NCBI GenBank assembly: GCA_011049545.1 | Contig: DRHQ01000083.1 | Coordinates: 29,766-93,765, forward strand | Direction: 5' to 3' | DNA: 64,000 nt | Origin: Candidatus Aminicenantes bacterium | Lineage (GTDB): Bacteria > Acidobacteriota > Aminicenantia > Aminicenantales > Aminicenantaceae | Shown here: positions 10,917 through 21,247 of the stretch, piece by piece | Layout: every line of letters begins with the position of its first letter | How positions within the stretch are numbered: the stretch's first letter is position 1 | Translations under genes and position numbers: made by a program | The notes under the pieces: generated by a model | Told to the model about the DNA's origin: nothing | Database searches by the model: none | Seen by the model: only the letters and a program-made list of their open reading frames with translations

Positions 10917-11381
10917 GTGAAAATTGCCACAGCCTCGGATCATGCAGGGTATGAGCTTAAAAAGGGAATCACAGCCTATCTTTCAGAGAAAGGTATAAAA
11001 TACGAGGATTTCGGCTGTGGTCCAGATGAAAAAGTTGATTATGTTGATTATGCGGAGAAGGCCGCAGAGAGGGTTTCTTCAGGTGAGTATGACCGGGCAA
11101 TCCTTGTTTGCGGGACAGGCCTTGGGATGGCTATCGTTGCCAACAAGCACAAAGGGATAAGAGCAACTTCCTGCCTGGATGATTATACGGCAGAAATGAG
11201 CCGCAAGCACAACGATTCAAACTGCCTTACTTTAGGAGCGAGGATCGTTCCCCTGGATGAGGGCCTCAACATTGTCCGGATATGGCTTGAAACAGAGTTT
11301 GAGGGTGAACGGCATCAAAAAAGAATCGATAAAATCTTCGATATAGAAGCGAGAAATTTTAAATCAGGCAGAGAGGAGTAA
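10917..11381 (+). CDS. rpiB: Ribose-5-phosphate isomerase B
   Basis: SDHAGY, CGTGLG, SRKHNDSN, FEGERHQKRI. Confidence 0.93.
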   Translation: MKIATASDHAGYELKKGITAYLSEKGIKYEDFGCGPDEKVDYVDYAEKAAERVSSGEYDRAILVCGTGLGMAIVANKHKGIRATSCLDDYTAEMSRKHNDSNCLTLGARIVPLDEGLNIVRIWLETEFEGERHQKRIDKIFDIEARNFKSGREE

Positions 11382-11386
11382 GAACA

Positions 11387-12823
11387 ATGTCTTCATTTTA
11401 TGAAAAAATCCAAAATTTATCTCAAAAGATAATAGAGAATAATAACTGGAGGCAGCGGGAAACTTTCAACCTCATTCCCTCTGAAACGACTCCTTCTCCT
11501 CTGGTGAAGATGTGCGAGATATCTGATCCTTCCGGCCGTTATGCTGAACACAGGACTATGAAGGGAGAGGAAATCTATTTTTACCAGGGAATAGATTTCA
11601 TAAGGGATGTTGAAGAGGAAGCACGGCGCGAATTCCAGCGTTACTTTGATTGTACAGAAGTGGAATTAAGAACAATAAGCGGACAGATGGCCAACGAAGT
11701 TGTATTTAAAGGCTTGGTTCGTTTTCTCAATCGCGACCGCCCTCAGGGACAGCCGATGCGGAAGATGAAGCTGGTCATGAATAATGAACTTACCAAAGGA
11801 GGACATCTCAGCTCTCAGCCCATGGGATCCCTTTTCAACTTCGTGGAGGAAGATCCGGAAACAGGAAAGGAAAATGTCGTCAATTTTCCTGTTCTAAGCG
11901 AAAATCAGTACAAGCCTGACCTTGCCAGACTCGGAGAGCTTTTAGACCAGCACAAGCCTGAACTCATGGTGTTTGGCAAAAGCATGTTTCTCTACCAGGA
12001 GCCTGTCAAATTTGTTCATGATATTGTTAAAGACTGGGATGTGCCGCCCGTTATCATGGTTGATATGGCTCATGTTTTGGGGATATATGGCGCCTTTCAG
12101 ACACCCTTAAGCGAAGGAGCAAATGTTATAACCGGAAGCACCCATAAAACCTTTTTCGGTCCTCAACGTGGTGTAATAGCGGGCAACTTTCCCAAAGGGA
12201 GCCCGCTTCGGAAGTTATGGCTGGATATCAAAGGCCGTGCTTTTCCCGGTTCAACCAGCAACCATCATTTGGGAACCCTCCTCGCTCTCTTGATGGCTGC
12301 TTATGAAATGAATGAGTTTAAAGAAGAATACCAGAAACAGGTCAGAGCTAACGCCAAAGCTTTTGCCCGGGCTTTAAAGGACACGGGAATTCAGGTAGAG
12401 GGAGACGAAAAAGATGGATTTACAGAGACTCATCAAGTTCTTATCCGCATCAAAGCCCACGGCGACGGCCAGGAAATTGCCCGCCGTCTGGAAGAAAACA
12501 ATATTGTAACCAATTATCAGGCGCTGCCGGATGATGAGACCTTTCTCAAATCGAGTGGAATACGAATGGGCGCCCAGGAAATGACCCGCTTTGGGATGAA
12601 GGAGAAAGACTTTGAGAAGCTTTCAGGTTTCGTAGCAGATGTTATTGTCAGGAACAAAAATGTTAAGGAAGAGGTAAAAAAATATCGCGAAAACTTCCTC
12701 CAGATGAAATACTGCCTCTCTCCCCAGGAAGCACTCCCTATCGCAGCGAAAATAATTAAAAGCATCTTTCCCTACCCTGATTTTGCTGATTTGTTCATAG
12801 AGAACTTAGAGAAAAATATCTAA
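11387..12823 (+). CDS. glyA: Serine hydroxymethyltransferase (divergent type)
   Basis: NLIPSE, GGHLS, DMAHVLG, GSTHKTFFGPQRG, SGIRMG. Confidence 0.85.
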   Translation: MSSFYEKIQNLSQKIIENNNWRQRETFNLIPSETTPSPLVKMCEISDPSGRYAEHRTMKGEEIYFYQGIDFIRDVEEEARREFQRYFDCTEVELRTISGQMANEVVFKGLVRFLNRDRPQGQPMRKMKLVMNNELTKGGHLSSQPMGSLFNFVEEDPETGKENVVNFPVLSENQYKPDLARLGELLDQHKPELMVFGKSMFLYQEPVKFVHDIVKDWDVPPVIMVDMAHVLGIYGAFQTPLSEGANVITGSTHKTFFGPQRGVIAGNFPKGSPLRKLWLDIKGRAFPGSTSNHHLGTLLALLMAAYEMNEFKEEYQKQVRANAKAFARALKDTGIQVEGDEKDGFTETHQVLIRIKAHGDGQEIARRLEENNIVTNYQALPDDETFLKSSGIRMGAQEMTRFGMKEKDFEKLSGFVADVIVRNKNVKEEVKKYRENFLQMKYCLSPQEALPIAAKIIKSIFPYPDFADLFIENLEKNI

Positions 12824-12826
12824 AAC

Positions 12827-12922
12827 GGAGAAAAAGGGGACAGGCTACTTTTTCTGAAATAAAGAGGACAGTCGCTACTCGCGGAAAGAACATCAGGAAA
12901 AGTAGCCTGTCCCCTTTTTCTC
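12827..12922. repeat. Miniature inverted-repeat element with 25-bp arms GGAGAAAAAGGGGACAGGCTACTTT
   Basis: 12827-12851 is the reverse complement of 12898-12922; related arm at 58331. Confidence 0.8.
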
Positions 12923-12986
12923 CTCTTTTATTGACGGATAGAGCCTTTTTTGTCAGAATGATTCAAAGAATAATGAGAGAGTCAAG

Positions 12987-14261
12987 ATGAAGATTTTAGT
13001 CATTGGTTCAGGCGGGAGAGAACATGCCCTTGCCTGGAAAATAGCTCAGAGCCCCCACCTTGAGAAACTTTTCTGCGTTCCGGGAAACCCAGGCACGATG
13101 AGCATCGCTGAAAATGTCGCCATCGATTCTTCTGATATAAAGGGACTAACTGATTTTGCCGCACAGGAGAAGATTGGTTTGACCGTCGTAGGCCCCGAGC
13201 TTCCTTTGACAATGGGCATAGTTGATGAGTTTGAGGAAAGAGGTTTAAAGATTTTCGGGCCAGATAAAAGAACAGCCGAGCTGGAAGGAAGCAAAGTATT
13301 TGCCAAGCAATTCATGGAACGCCACAAAATACCAACTGCCATATCCAAAATCGCAGAGTCTCCAGAGGAGGCAGCAGAAATCTTGAATTCAGGAAAATTT
13401 TCTTTTCCCCTGGTTGTAAAAGCAGACGGATTGGCTGCCGGCAAAGGAGTCATAATCTGTGAAAACCTGAAAGAAGCAGAGAAAGCTATCCACTTAATCA
13501 TGGTAGAGCGGAAATTCGGTGACGCAGGAAAAAGAGCTATTGTAGAAGAATGCTTGAGAGGAAAAGAGACTTCCTTCATAGTCCTATCAGATGGGAAAGA
13601 AGTAGTGCCGCTGGTCACGACCATGGACCATAAACCTGTCTATGAAGGCGATAAGGGCCCGAATACAGGAGGGATGGGAGCAATTTCCCCCTCTCCTTTT
13701 ATTGACGAAGAGCTGTTTTCAGAAATCATGAGTTCCATAGTGCTTCCGACAGTGACTCACATGCGTGAAGAGGGAAGAAAATATAAGGGTGTTCTTTATG
13801 TAGGATTGATGCTGACCGAGGAGGGGCCTAAGGTGCTCGAGTACAACTGCCGTTTTGGAGACCCGGAAACTCAACCCCAGATGTTAAGAATGGAGAGCGA
13901 CCTGGTGGATATTCTCCTGGCCATAATAGAAGAAGATGCGCAAGGAAAGGAAATACAATGGAGCCCTAAAGCTTCTGGCTGTGTGGTCCTGGCTTCAGGT
14001 GGTTATCCGCTCGCCTACGAGAAGGGAAAGCGGATAGAAGGCCTGAACCAGGCCTCAGAAACACCGGGCATTGCTATCTTCCACGCAGGCACAAAGTTCC
14101 AGGACGGAGAATATTACACAAACGGTGGCAGAGTGTTAGGGATCTGTGCCTCGGAGGAAAATCTAAGCGTTACTATGGAAAAGATATACAAAACCATCTC
14201 AGGAATATCTTTTGAGGGCATGCATTTCCGCAGGGATATCGGTGCTCTTAAGGAGGAATAA
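12987..14261 (+). CDS. purD: Phosphoribosylamine-glycine ligase
   Basis: GSGGREHA, KADGLAAGKGV, GPNTGGMG, EYNCRFGDPE. Confidence 0.97.
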   Translation: MKILVIGSGGREHALAWKIAQSPHLEKLFCVPGNPGTMSIAENVAIDSSDIKGLTDFAAQEKIGLTVVGPELPLTMGIVDEFEERGLKIFGPDKRTAELEGSKVFAKQFMERHKIPTAISKIAESPEEAAEILNSGKFSFPLVVKADGLAAGKGVIICENLKEAEKAIHLIMVERKFGDAGKRAIVEECLRGKETSFIVLSDGKEVVPLVTTMDHKPVYEGDKGPNTGGMGAISPSPFIDEELFSEIMSSIVLPTVTHMREEGRKYKGVLYVGLMLTEEGPKVLEYNCRFGDPETQPQMLRMESDLVDILLAIIEEDAQGKEIQWSPKASGCVVLASGGYPLAYEKGKRIEGLNQASETPGIAIFHAGTKFQDGEYYTNGGRVLGICASEENLSVTMEKIYKTISGISFEGMHFRRDIGALKEE

Positions 14262-14263
14262 GT

Positions 14264-14755
14264 ATGAAAGTTGCAATATTTATCGGGAGTGACTCGGATT
14301 ATGATGTTGTAAAGGATGCTCAGGCCATACTCAAAGAGTTTGAAGTCCCTTTCGCCCTGGAGGTTACATCAGCCCACCGTTCTCCTGCCAGAACCCTCAA
14401 ACTCATAAAGGATTATGAGGAGAAAGGAGTCGAGATTTTCATCGCTGTCGCAGGTAAAGCTGCTCATTTAGCGGGCATTGTGGCTGCGCACACCGTCAAG
14501 CCTGTGATCGGAGTTCCGGTAGAGAGTTCTTCTCTTGATGGTCTCGATGCTCTTCTCTCCACAGTTCAGATGCCCAAAGGAGTGCCAGTGGCAACTATGG
14601 GCCTGGGCAAATCCGGCGCTTCAAACTCGGCCCTCCTGGCCATCCAGATTTTAAGCCTCAATGACTCTTCCCTTGTAAGAAAATTGAAAGAATCCCGGGA
14701 GGAAATGGCCGCCCAGGTTGAAGCTAAGTCAAAAAAAATTCAGCAAAAATTATGA
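14264..14755 (+). CDS. purE: N5-CAIR mutase
   Basis: GSDSD, SAHRSP, AAHLAG, STVQMPKGVPVAT. Confidence 0.96.
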   Translation: MKVAIFIGSDSDYDVVKDAQAILKEFEVPFALEVTSAHRSPARTLKLIKDYEEKGVEIFIAVAGKAAHLAGIVAAHTVKPVIGVPVESSSLDGLDALLSTVQMPKGVPVATMGLGKSGASNSALLAIQILSLNDSSLVRKLKESREEMAAQVEAKSKKIQQKL

Positions 14756-16008
14756 CATCCTTTTCTATTCAAACCTTTGGCTGCCGTTCGAATCAAGCTG
14801 AGGCTTTTTTATGGGCAAATGAGTTTCAAAAGCATGGGCTGAAGTATGAAAAAGATTTTTCCCGAAGCGACTTAATCGTAGTAAACTCCTGTACACTTAC
14901 CGGACGAGCGGACAGCGATACAAGAAGCTTTATTAGAAGAGTTTCGCGCCTAAACCCAAAGGCAAGATTGATCGTTACCGGATGCTATGCCCAGCGTGCC
15001 CCTGAAGAATTAAAAAATATGCCCCAGGTCTCATGCCTTTTATCCAATACAGAAAAGAAAGATTTAGACGCAAAAATCCTCTCTTTTGCTGGTCCAGGGA
15101 AGGAAAGACAAATTTCACCTTTCCGTTCCCGTGCCTCTGTTAAAATTCAGGACGGGTGCAATTTTCAATGCACTTTTTGTATTATTCCCAGCGTCAGGGG
15201 GAAAAGTGTAAGCCTTGAAAAAAAAGAAATCCTCGCCCGAATAAAGGAGTTCATAAGCCAGGGTTCCAGGGAGATTGTTCTGACAGGAATTCATCTTTGT
15301 TCTTATGGCCTTGATCTTAACACTAAGAGCTCGCTGCTCGAGCTGCTCCAGGAAATAGAAAGCTTAAAAGAGCTCCGCAAATTGCGGTTGAGTTCTCTTG
15401 ACCCTCGATTTTTAAGCCCCTCCTTAATTGAGCACATCACAGCCAGCGGGAAAGTATGCCCTCATTTTCATCTTTCTTTACAGAGCGGATCCGATGATAT
15501 ACTGCATCGTATGGGGCGCAAGATACAAATTGAAGATTACACAAACATTCTCACTTTGTTGCGCGAGAAGTCTCCCCGGGCATCTTTGGGAGCGGACATT
15601 ATTGTGGGATTCCCTGGAGAAACCGGGGAAGATTTCAGCCAGACTTATAGCTTCCTGGAACAGTCACCGTTGACCTATCTTCATGTGTTCTCCTATTCTC
15701 CTCGCCCCGGGACCGCTGCTGCTTCCTGGCAGCAGGTAAACGGCAAGGTGAAGAAGGAGAGGGCGAGACTTTTGAGAGATTTGTCCAGCAGGAAGAATAC
15801 GAACTTTCGCCGGCTTTTTGTGGGGAAGGAATGCGAGGCAATTGTTATAAAAAAAGAAAAAGCAAGGACTGAAGTTTTGACGTCCAATTATTTTAAGGTT
15901 TTTATTCCTTCCTGTTCTCAAAATGAAGGAAAAGAAGTAAAAGTAAAAATCACGAAGGTGGATACTAAAAAAACAACAGGGCAAATAGTCAATTCATCCA
16001 GTTCTTAA
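14752..16008 (+). CDS. mtaB: tRNA t6A37 methylthiotransferase (radical SAM)
   Basis: TFGCRSNQ, NSC, TGCYAQ, KIQDGCNFQCTFC, PHFHLSLQSG. Confidence 0.88.
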   Translation: MTSFSIQTFGCRSNQAEAFLWANEFQKHGLKYEKDFSRSDLIVVNSCTLTGRADSDTRSFIRRVSRLNPKARLIVTGCYAQRAPEELKNMPQVSCLLSNTEKKDLDAKILSFAGPGKERQISPFRSRASVKIQDGCNFQCTFCIIPSVRGKSVSLEKKEILARIKEFISQGSREIVLTGIHLCSYGLDLNTKSSLLELLQEIESLKELRKLRLSSLDPRFLSPSLIEHITASGKVCPHFHLSLQSGSDDILHRMGRKIQIEDYTNILTLLREKSPRASLGADIIVGFPGETGEDFSQTYSFLEQSPLTYLHVFSYSPRPGTAAASWQQVNGKVKKERARLLRDLSSRKNTNFRRLFVGKECEAIVIKKEKARTEVLTSNYFKVFIPSCSQNEGKEVKVKITKVDTKKTTGQIVNSSSS

Positions 16009-16011
16009 AAA

Positions 16012-16590
16012 ATGATACTCCCCGTTTCATTCTATTCCCGCTCAACGCTTAAAGTCTTGGTTGACCTGATTGGAAAGGTCTTGGTCAGGAAGTCAGAAGA
16101 TGGCTTGACTTCCGGAATTATCGTGGAAGCTGAGGCTTATTCAGGGGAAGATGACCCGGCTTCTTATGCCTTTAGTGGGAGAACGAAAAGAAGTGAAATA
16201 ATGTACGGGCCGCCGGGCAGGGCGTTCGTCCACTTTACCTACGGAATGCATCATATGCTTAATCTGGTAACAGAAAAAAAAGAGTTTCCGGCTGCAATTC
16301 TAATCCGGGCTCTCGAACCTCGTGATGGGATTTCGTTGATGAAGAAAAGGCGCCAGACTGAGGAGCCTTTTAATTTATGCTCAGGACCAGCCAAGATATG
16401 CCAGGCCTTTGCTATAGATCGGTCTCACAACGGTGTCTCGCTTTCCTCTTCAAACTCTCCAATTTTCATTAAAGAGGGAGAGAAAAGGAAAGAAGAGCTA
16501 ATCTGGACGTCAAGGATAGGAGTCAGTGAAGGAAAAGATAGGTTGTGGCGAGCCTATCTAAAGGGGAGTCCTTTCATCTCAGTTAAATAA
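16012..16590 (+). CDS. DNA-3-methyladenine glycosylase (MPG/AAG family)
   Basis: IVEAEAY, YGMH, AILIRALEP, SGPAKIC, RIGVS. Confidence 0.92.
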   Translation: MILPVSFYSRSTLKVLVDLIGKVLVRKSEDGLTSGIIVEAEAYSGEDDPASYAFSGRTKRSEIMYGPPGRAFVHFTYGMHHMLNLVTEKKEFPAAILIRALEPRDGISLMKKRRQTEEPFNLCSGPAKICQAFAIDRSHNGVSLSSSNSPIFIKEGEKRKEELIWTSRIGVSEGKDRLWRAYLKGSPFISVK

Positions 16591-16668
16591 GAAGCCTTAT
16601 TATCTAGGTTGAACAACACAAGCATTGACAAGTGGTGTTAAATCAAGGTTTGCTTAATGATGAAGAGT

Positions 16669-16716
16669 TTATTTCTCCCCCTCCTTCGGCTTAAGCTCCA
16701 TGCCGAGTTGTTGCAT
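16669..16716 (-). pseudogene. Orphan 3' end (MQQLGMELKPKEGEK*) of a SnoaL/ester-cyclase-type lipoprotein
   Basis: Translated by eye; resembles, from recollection only, the C-terminus of the lipoprotein family whose N-terminus is at 22474. Confidence 0.4.
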
Positions 16717-16797
16717 TACCGCTGACTTCGAGAAAAAAGGGAATAATCCGTAACGTCCAGCTTCTGCTCGTTATTCCTTTTTTGGTGGCGGAGGAGA

Positions 16798-17307
16798 CTA
16801 ATACAGGTCTGGTATGCGAGTGTCTATTGCGATGAGCCATGAGCCATCCTCTTGTTTTCGCAATATCTGTAAGAACTTCCCAGTGACTTGCGTGGGCTCC
16901 ATGGGCTCGGGTAAGCCTTCCGCTGTCATTGTGAGATAAGCCGTTCCTAGGACAAAGGCAAGGTTATCTCGCCCATCAATTTTCACGATTGTTTGGTTGA
17001 ATGCCGTGACGGTCGCAGATGCTTTACTGAGAGCCTTTCTTTCCTCCTTAAGTGCTTCTCGCCCCTGAATCATTGGCCCCCCTGCAACCACCATGATTGT
17101 ATCCTCGGTATAGAACTCTGTGGTTGCCTCCATACCGCCTTCCAGCGCAGCTTGCACATAAGCATCATTTGCTGTTTTAATTGCCGCCACATCCTCATCT
17201 GATAAACCTGCAATCCCAGCCTCCTCAGCTATCTCTTCACCCTGTTGGCAGCCAAAAGCAAAACAAAGCAGAATGACTAAAGGAATGACCATAAGTAGTT
17301 TATTCAT
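16798..17307 (-). CDS. NTF2-like (SnoaL/DUF4440) lipoprotein
   Basis: Lipobox AFGC, GKFLQILRKQEDGSWLI. Confidence 0.8.
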   Translation of the reverse strand: MNKLLMVIPLVILLCFAFGCQQGEEIAEEAGIAGLSDEDVAAIKTANDAYVQAALEGGMEATTEFYTEDTIMVVAGGPMIQGREALKEERKALSKASATVTAFNQTIVKIDGRDNLAFVLGTAYLTMTAEGLPEPMEPTQVTGKFLQILRKQEDGSWLIAIDTRIPDLY

Positions 17308-17818
17308 TGTTCCTCCTTTTGTTTAGTTTTGCAAAAAGAGCAGAAATATGGACATGTCTGATTTTCCATTCGTCCTCTTCATAATTAAAGACCCATGTCC
17401 AAGCGTCTTTTCCCTCGAATGTATTATCTGATTTATCTTTCATCATATAGCTGTAAAATCCATAAAGAACTGCCACATCAGCCGAGAGTACATCCACTTC
17501 AATCTCACCCATTGTATATTTAAGCTCTACCATATTAGCCATCATCTCATGTGCAATCTTTTTGTGTTCCTCCCAAGAATAATCTATCATGCCATGTTCG
17601 ATGGTTATTGTGTTATCACTGAAATAGCTGAACATTCTATCTAGTTCATTATTGCTTCCCGCCTCGAAGGCTTCTTTGGTGATTTGTTTGATAGTCTCCG
17701 TTATTTCAGCTTTCTGTGATTCATCGAGTGTTACTTTCCTTTGTTGACAGCTGATACTAAAACATAGCAAGAAACAAAGAGAAATTACTAAGGATAATGG
17801 AGTGAGTAGTTTTTTCAT
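17300..17818 (-). CDS. NTF2-like (SnoaL/DUF4440) lipoprotein
   Basis: ATG 17818 after GGAGG, lipobox SISC, WKIRHVHIS. Confidence 0.8.
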   Translation of the reverse strand: MKKLLTPLSLVISLCFLLCFSISCQQRKVTLDESQKAEITETIKQITKEAFEAGSNNELDRMFSYFSDNTITIEHGMIDYSWEEHKKIAHEMMANMVELKYTMGEIEVDVLSADVAVLYGFYSYMMKDKSDNTFEGKDAWTWVFNYEEDEWKIRHVHISALFAKLNKRRNNE

Positions 17819-18035
17819 TTTCCCTCCTTTTTTCTTATGAGAATGCCTATTTGCTTGTAACAATTAAACCTAACTTTACAATCCGTGTCAACTTGATTGT
17901 TGGTCATTCCATCTTATCTTATAATTGCCATTACGAGGAGGGAAGCGACGCGGCAATCTCAACCTGATTTTTTGAATTGACATCGCAAAATTTTTATCTG
18001 GTTATCAAATTAAAATAAGGATAAAATAATATCAG

Positions 18036-19757
18036 ATGAAAAAAATTATCGTTCTTCCGCCTGAAATATCCCTGAAAATTGCTGCGGGTGAAGTCATCGA
18101 GAGACCTTTTTCAGTTGTCAAGGAATTGGTGGAGAACTCTTTGGATGCCAGTGCTTCGGAGATAAAAGTCGAGCTTCTTTCCGGAGGAAAGAAACTGGTA
18201 AGAGTTACGGACAATGGCCATGGAATGAGACGAGAAGATGCCAATCTGTGTTTTGAAAGGCATTCAACCAGCAAGATTCGAAGTGTCGAAGACCTCAGCC
18301 TGATTGCAACCCTGGGTTTTAGAGGAGAGGCTCTGCCCAGTATCTCTGCTGTCTCCAGGGTTGTTTTAAAGACATCCGATGGCAAAGAGGAGAAAGGTAC
18401 TCTGATTGAAAAAGAAGGAGAGAAGATAATCCAAACTTCAGACGTCGCTTTTCCGCTGGGAACATCCGTTGAAGTCAGAGACCTATTCTTTAATTTACCT
18501 GCGAGGGAAAAATTTCTCCGCTCAGATAGATCTGAACTTAACCTGATTGTGAAATTCATGACTTTTGCTTCCATAGCTTACCCGGAAGTGAGGTTTTCTT
18601 TAATCCACGGTAAAAGGCAGGTCTTTGATTATCCACCTGTAAGCAGTCTCAAGGAAAGGATTTTTCAGGTTTTCGGGAAATCCATGTTAGAACGACTCCT
18701 GGAGATTGATTACAAGGAGGATGATAAGCAGCTTTATGGATATGCTTCTCTTCCGCCAGCAGGGCATCGAGATAGAACCCTCCAGCTCTTTTATGTGAAC
18801 AAAAGACCGGTAAGAGATCGAACTCTCCTGGCTGCCCTGAATCAAGCTTACAGAGGCTTTTTAGAAAAAGATAGATATGCCGAAGCTTTCCTTTTTCTCT
18901 CCTATCCCTATACTGAGGTCGACATAAATGTCCATCCAGCCAAAGCAGAAGTCAGGTTTAAAGATTCCCGCCCTGTTTTTCAGCTTGTATACCGGAGTAT
19001 CGAGCAGGCCATTCTCAGGGAGAAAGGAGTAAAAAAGATCTATCCTACTAAGGAAGAAGAAATGGGTTCCAGGATGGAGGAAAAAAGAAGCTTCGGCATA
19101 GGAGAGGAAAGAGATGGGCCTGCTGTTATGAGGATCGGGGAACGGAAGCGAGAATGGAAAGATTTGTTCACTCCCCTTGCCAAGCAGGAAGAGACATCCC
19201 CGCACCTCCTGGGGCAGTATCTGGATATATATATAGTTGCCTGTTCTGAAGAGGGCATACTTATCGTCGATCAGCACAATGCCCATGAGAGGATTCTTTT
19301 TGAAAAATATGAAGAAATAGATAAAGAAAAGAAATGGCCTCAAAAATTGGCTCTTCTTCCTATTCTTTTCGAGCTCTCTCCATCCCAGCTTTTGAGTTTT
19401 GAAAATAATCAAGCCATGCTGGAGGAGGCAGGATTCAGGGTGGAGGCCATGGGAGGGCAGAGCTTTGCCTTAAAAGAGTACCCTGATATATTTAAAGAGG
19501 AGGAAGCAAAGGATATATTTATCTCTCTTCTTGAAGAAAAGAAGGGAGAGCAAATCGAGGATAAAAAAAAGAGACTGTTAGCCACACTGGCCTGTAAGAC
19601 TGCTATAAAAGCAGGGCAGATTTTATCTTACGAAAAGATGAATTACCTGGTGGAAGAGCTTTTCAAAACATCAAATTCATCCCTCTGCCCTCATGGAAGG
19701 CCCATTATCGTCAAGATAGATAAGAAGGAAATAGAGCGGGGTTTAAAAAGGAGCTGA
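18036..19757 (+). CDS. mutL: DNA mismatch repair protein MutL
   Basis: KIAAGEVIERP, GFRGEAL, DQHNAHER, ACK, CPHGRP. Confidence 0.97.
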   Translation: MKKIIVLPPEISLKIAAGEVIERPFSVVKELVENSLDASASEIKVELLSGGKKLVRVTDNGHGMRREDANLCFERHSTSKIRSVEDLSLIATLGFRGEALPSISAVSRVVLKTSDGKEEKGTLIEKEGEKIIQTSDVAFPLGTSVEVRDLFFNLPAREKFLRSDRSELNLIVKFMTFASIAYPEVRFSLIHGKRQVFDYPPVSSLKERIFQVFGKSMLERLLEIDYKEDDKQLYGYASLPPAGHRDRTLQLFYVNKRPVRDRTLLAALNQAYRGFLEKDRYAEAFLFLSYPYTEVDINVHPAKAEVRFKDSRPVFQLVYRSIEQAILREKGVKKIYPTKEEEMGSRMEEKRSFGIGEERDGPAVMRIGERKREWKDLFTPLAKQEETSPHLLGQYLDIYIVACSEEGILIVDQHNAHERILFEKYEEIDKEKKWPQKLALLPILFELSPSQLLSFENNQAMLEEAGFRVEAMGGQSFALKEYPDIFKEEEAKDIFISLLEEKKGEQIEDKKKRLLATLACKTAIKAGQILSYEKMNYLVEELFKTSNSSLCPHGRPIIVKIDKKEIERGLKRS

Positions 19758-19867
19758 AATTGACAACTTTTCCCTGTTTTGCTAAGATTAACGGGGCCAA
19801 AAGCCAGGGCAAGAACGGGGACTGTTCCCTTTATCTCGCTTGGAATACACGCTCGTCTTACAAGTTT

Positions 19868-19942
19868 CGGGGAGTAGCGTAGCCTGGTTAGCGCGCCTGC
19901 TTTGGGAGCAGGAGGTCGTCGGTTCGAATCCGATCTCCCCGA
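19868..19942 (+). tRNA. tRNA-Pro(TGG), CCA not encoded
   Basis: Acceptor CGGGGAG/CTCCCCG, anticodon arm CCTGC-TTTGGGA-GCAGG, GGTTCGAATCC. Confidence 0.93.
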
Positions 19943-20011
19943 TTAAAACTTAAGACGGATAAAGGAACAATCGGATATAGAAGCCGATTGAGATAGAAAA
20001 ATATCAAGGAT

Positions 20012-20089
20012 GCGCCTGTAGCTCAGTCAGGATAGAGCAGCTGCCTTCTAAGCAGCGGGTCGGAGGTTCGAGTCCTTCCAGGCGTGCCA
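20012..20089 (+). tRNA. tRNA-Arg(TCT)
   Basis: GCGCCTG/CAGGCGT acceptor, GCTGC-CTTCTAA-GCAGC, GGTTCGAGTCC, 3' CCA. Confidence 0.95.
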
Positions 20090-20236
20090 CCCTTCCTCCT
20101 TATTTACCAATAGCTTTCCTTGGATTTTGATTTCATAGAGCCTATACTATTTTTAGTTTTTTTGACACAAAAATGTCAAAGGAGTGACAAATTCGACATC
20201 CCACTGTTACACGGGCTGATGTCTGGTTTTTTCTCA

Positions 20237-20287
20237 TTGACTTGAAACTTTTTCTTATGATATAAGTCAAAGAGTCACAGCTTAGGG
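20237..20287 (+). promoter_or_regulatory. Sigma70-like promoter module P1 (TTGACT...TGATATAAGTCAAAGAGTCAC)
   Basis: 17-bp core ATAAGTCAAAGAGTCAC identical at 20262 and 21216; related copy at 30127-30158. Confidence 0.6.
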
Positions 20288-20381
20288 ACATCGTGAGCAA
20301 CGCAAGAGGGAAGAACTTTTGCCTACATCATAAAGGCAGAATTCTATCTCCATATCTATAAACCAAAAAAGGAGGTATTTT

Positions 20382-20912
20382 ATGAAGAACAGAATTATCG
20401 TAGGAACAATTCTTTTTGCTTTTCTTCTTTCTGGAACTGTTTTTGCTCAAGAGAAAAAACAGAAAGTTGAAGCACCTCAATTAACAGTAGAGCAGAAATG
20501 GAAACGTGCTATGTCTAATCTGAATGCGATATTCATTGCAAGTATTGCCTATGCCAAATCTCAGGGAAAATCGCCATCACACTATGGTAAGTATATGGGA
20601 GAATTATTTGCGACAAGCTGGGAAGGAGTTAAAGGCGTAACAGATTTCATAGAGGCAATGCATTGGAATTGGCAAATGTGGGAAGATTTCCAGATTGAAG
20701 TCTTGGAAGAGTCTGAGAACTTTTATAAAGCGAAGATTAAAGGGATAGGCGAAAAATACATCACAGAAGGGTCGGAAGCAGGAGTCACATTAAACGAATA
20801 TTATGATTGCTGGGAACAACTTATGATGCCGATAACGAATTATTTAGGTCTGGAATACAAACAAAAAATAGAAGGAGATTGGATAGTATTTACAGTTAAA
20901 GAAAAGAAATAG
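20382..20912 (+). CDS. Secreted hypothetical protein
   Basis: GGAGG RBS, signal peptide ending VFA-Q. Confidence 0.8.
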   Translation: MKNRIIVGTILFAFLLSGTVFAQEKKQKVEAPQLTVEQKWKRAMSNLNAIFIASIAYAKSQGKSPSHYGKYMGELFATSWEGVKGVTDFIEAMHWNWQMWEDFQIEVLEESENFYKAKIKGIGEKYITEGSEAGVTLNEYYDCWEQLMMPITNYLGLEYKQKIEGDWIVFTVKEKK

Positions 20913-21021
20913 ACACTCATAGCATACAAATCCAAGCCTTCCTGAGGTTGAGGATGCCAGGAAGAGGCTGGTTCCGTCCAGATCTTCTTATAAGCCCAAA
21001 GAAAAATAGGCTACGAAGGCC

Positions 21022-21076
21022 GAGCGGGTGGCTGTTAACCACTAGGTTGTAGGTTCGAGTCCTACCCGAGGAGCCA
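21022..21076 (+). pseudogene. tRNA-Asn(GTT) 3' fragment (att-like scar)
   Basis: GAGCGGGTGGCTGTTAACCACTAGGTTGTAGGTTCGAGTCCTACCCGAGGAGCCA; 5' acceptor strand and most of the D-arm absent. Confidence 0.85.
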
Positions 21077-21247
21077 TCTTTTTATGGGGTAAAAAGCTCT
21101 CGACTATTTAAGCAACCTTATCCGTAGTTAGGCAAGTTTAGGCATTTATTGACACACCACTGACACACAGGAATAGGTGTGTTTTTCTTGTTTGAATCTA
21201 ATTTTCCATTGTGAAATAAGTCAAAGAGTCACGGCTAGGGGAGCATA

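Noticed and set aside
16748..16775. attC remnant downstream of the NTF2-like lipoprotein (minus strand GCAGAAGCTGGACGTTACGG)
   Set aside because: No complementary left half at a valid distance
21022..21076. Functional tRNA-Asn genes (also 29921-29974)
   Set aside because: No 5' acceptor strand or complete D-arm upstream
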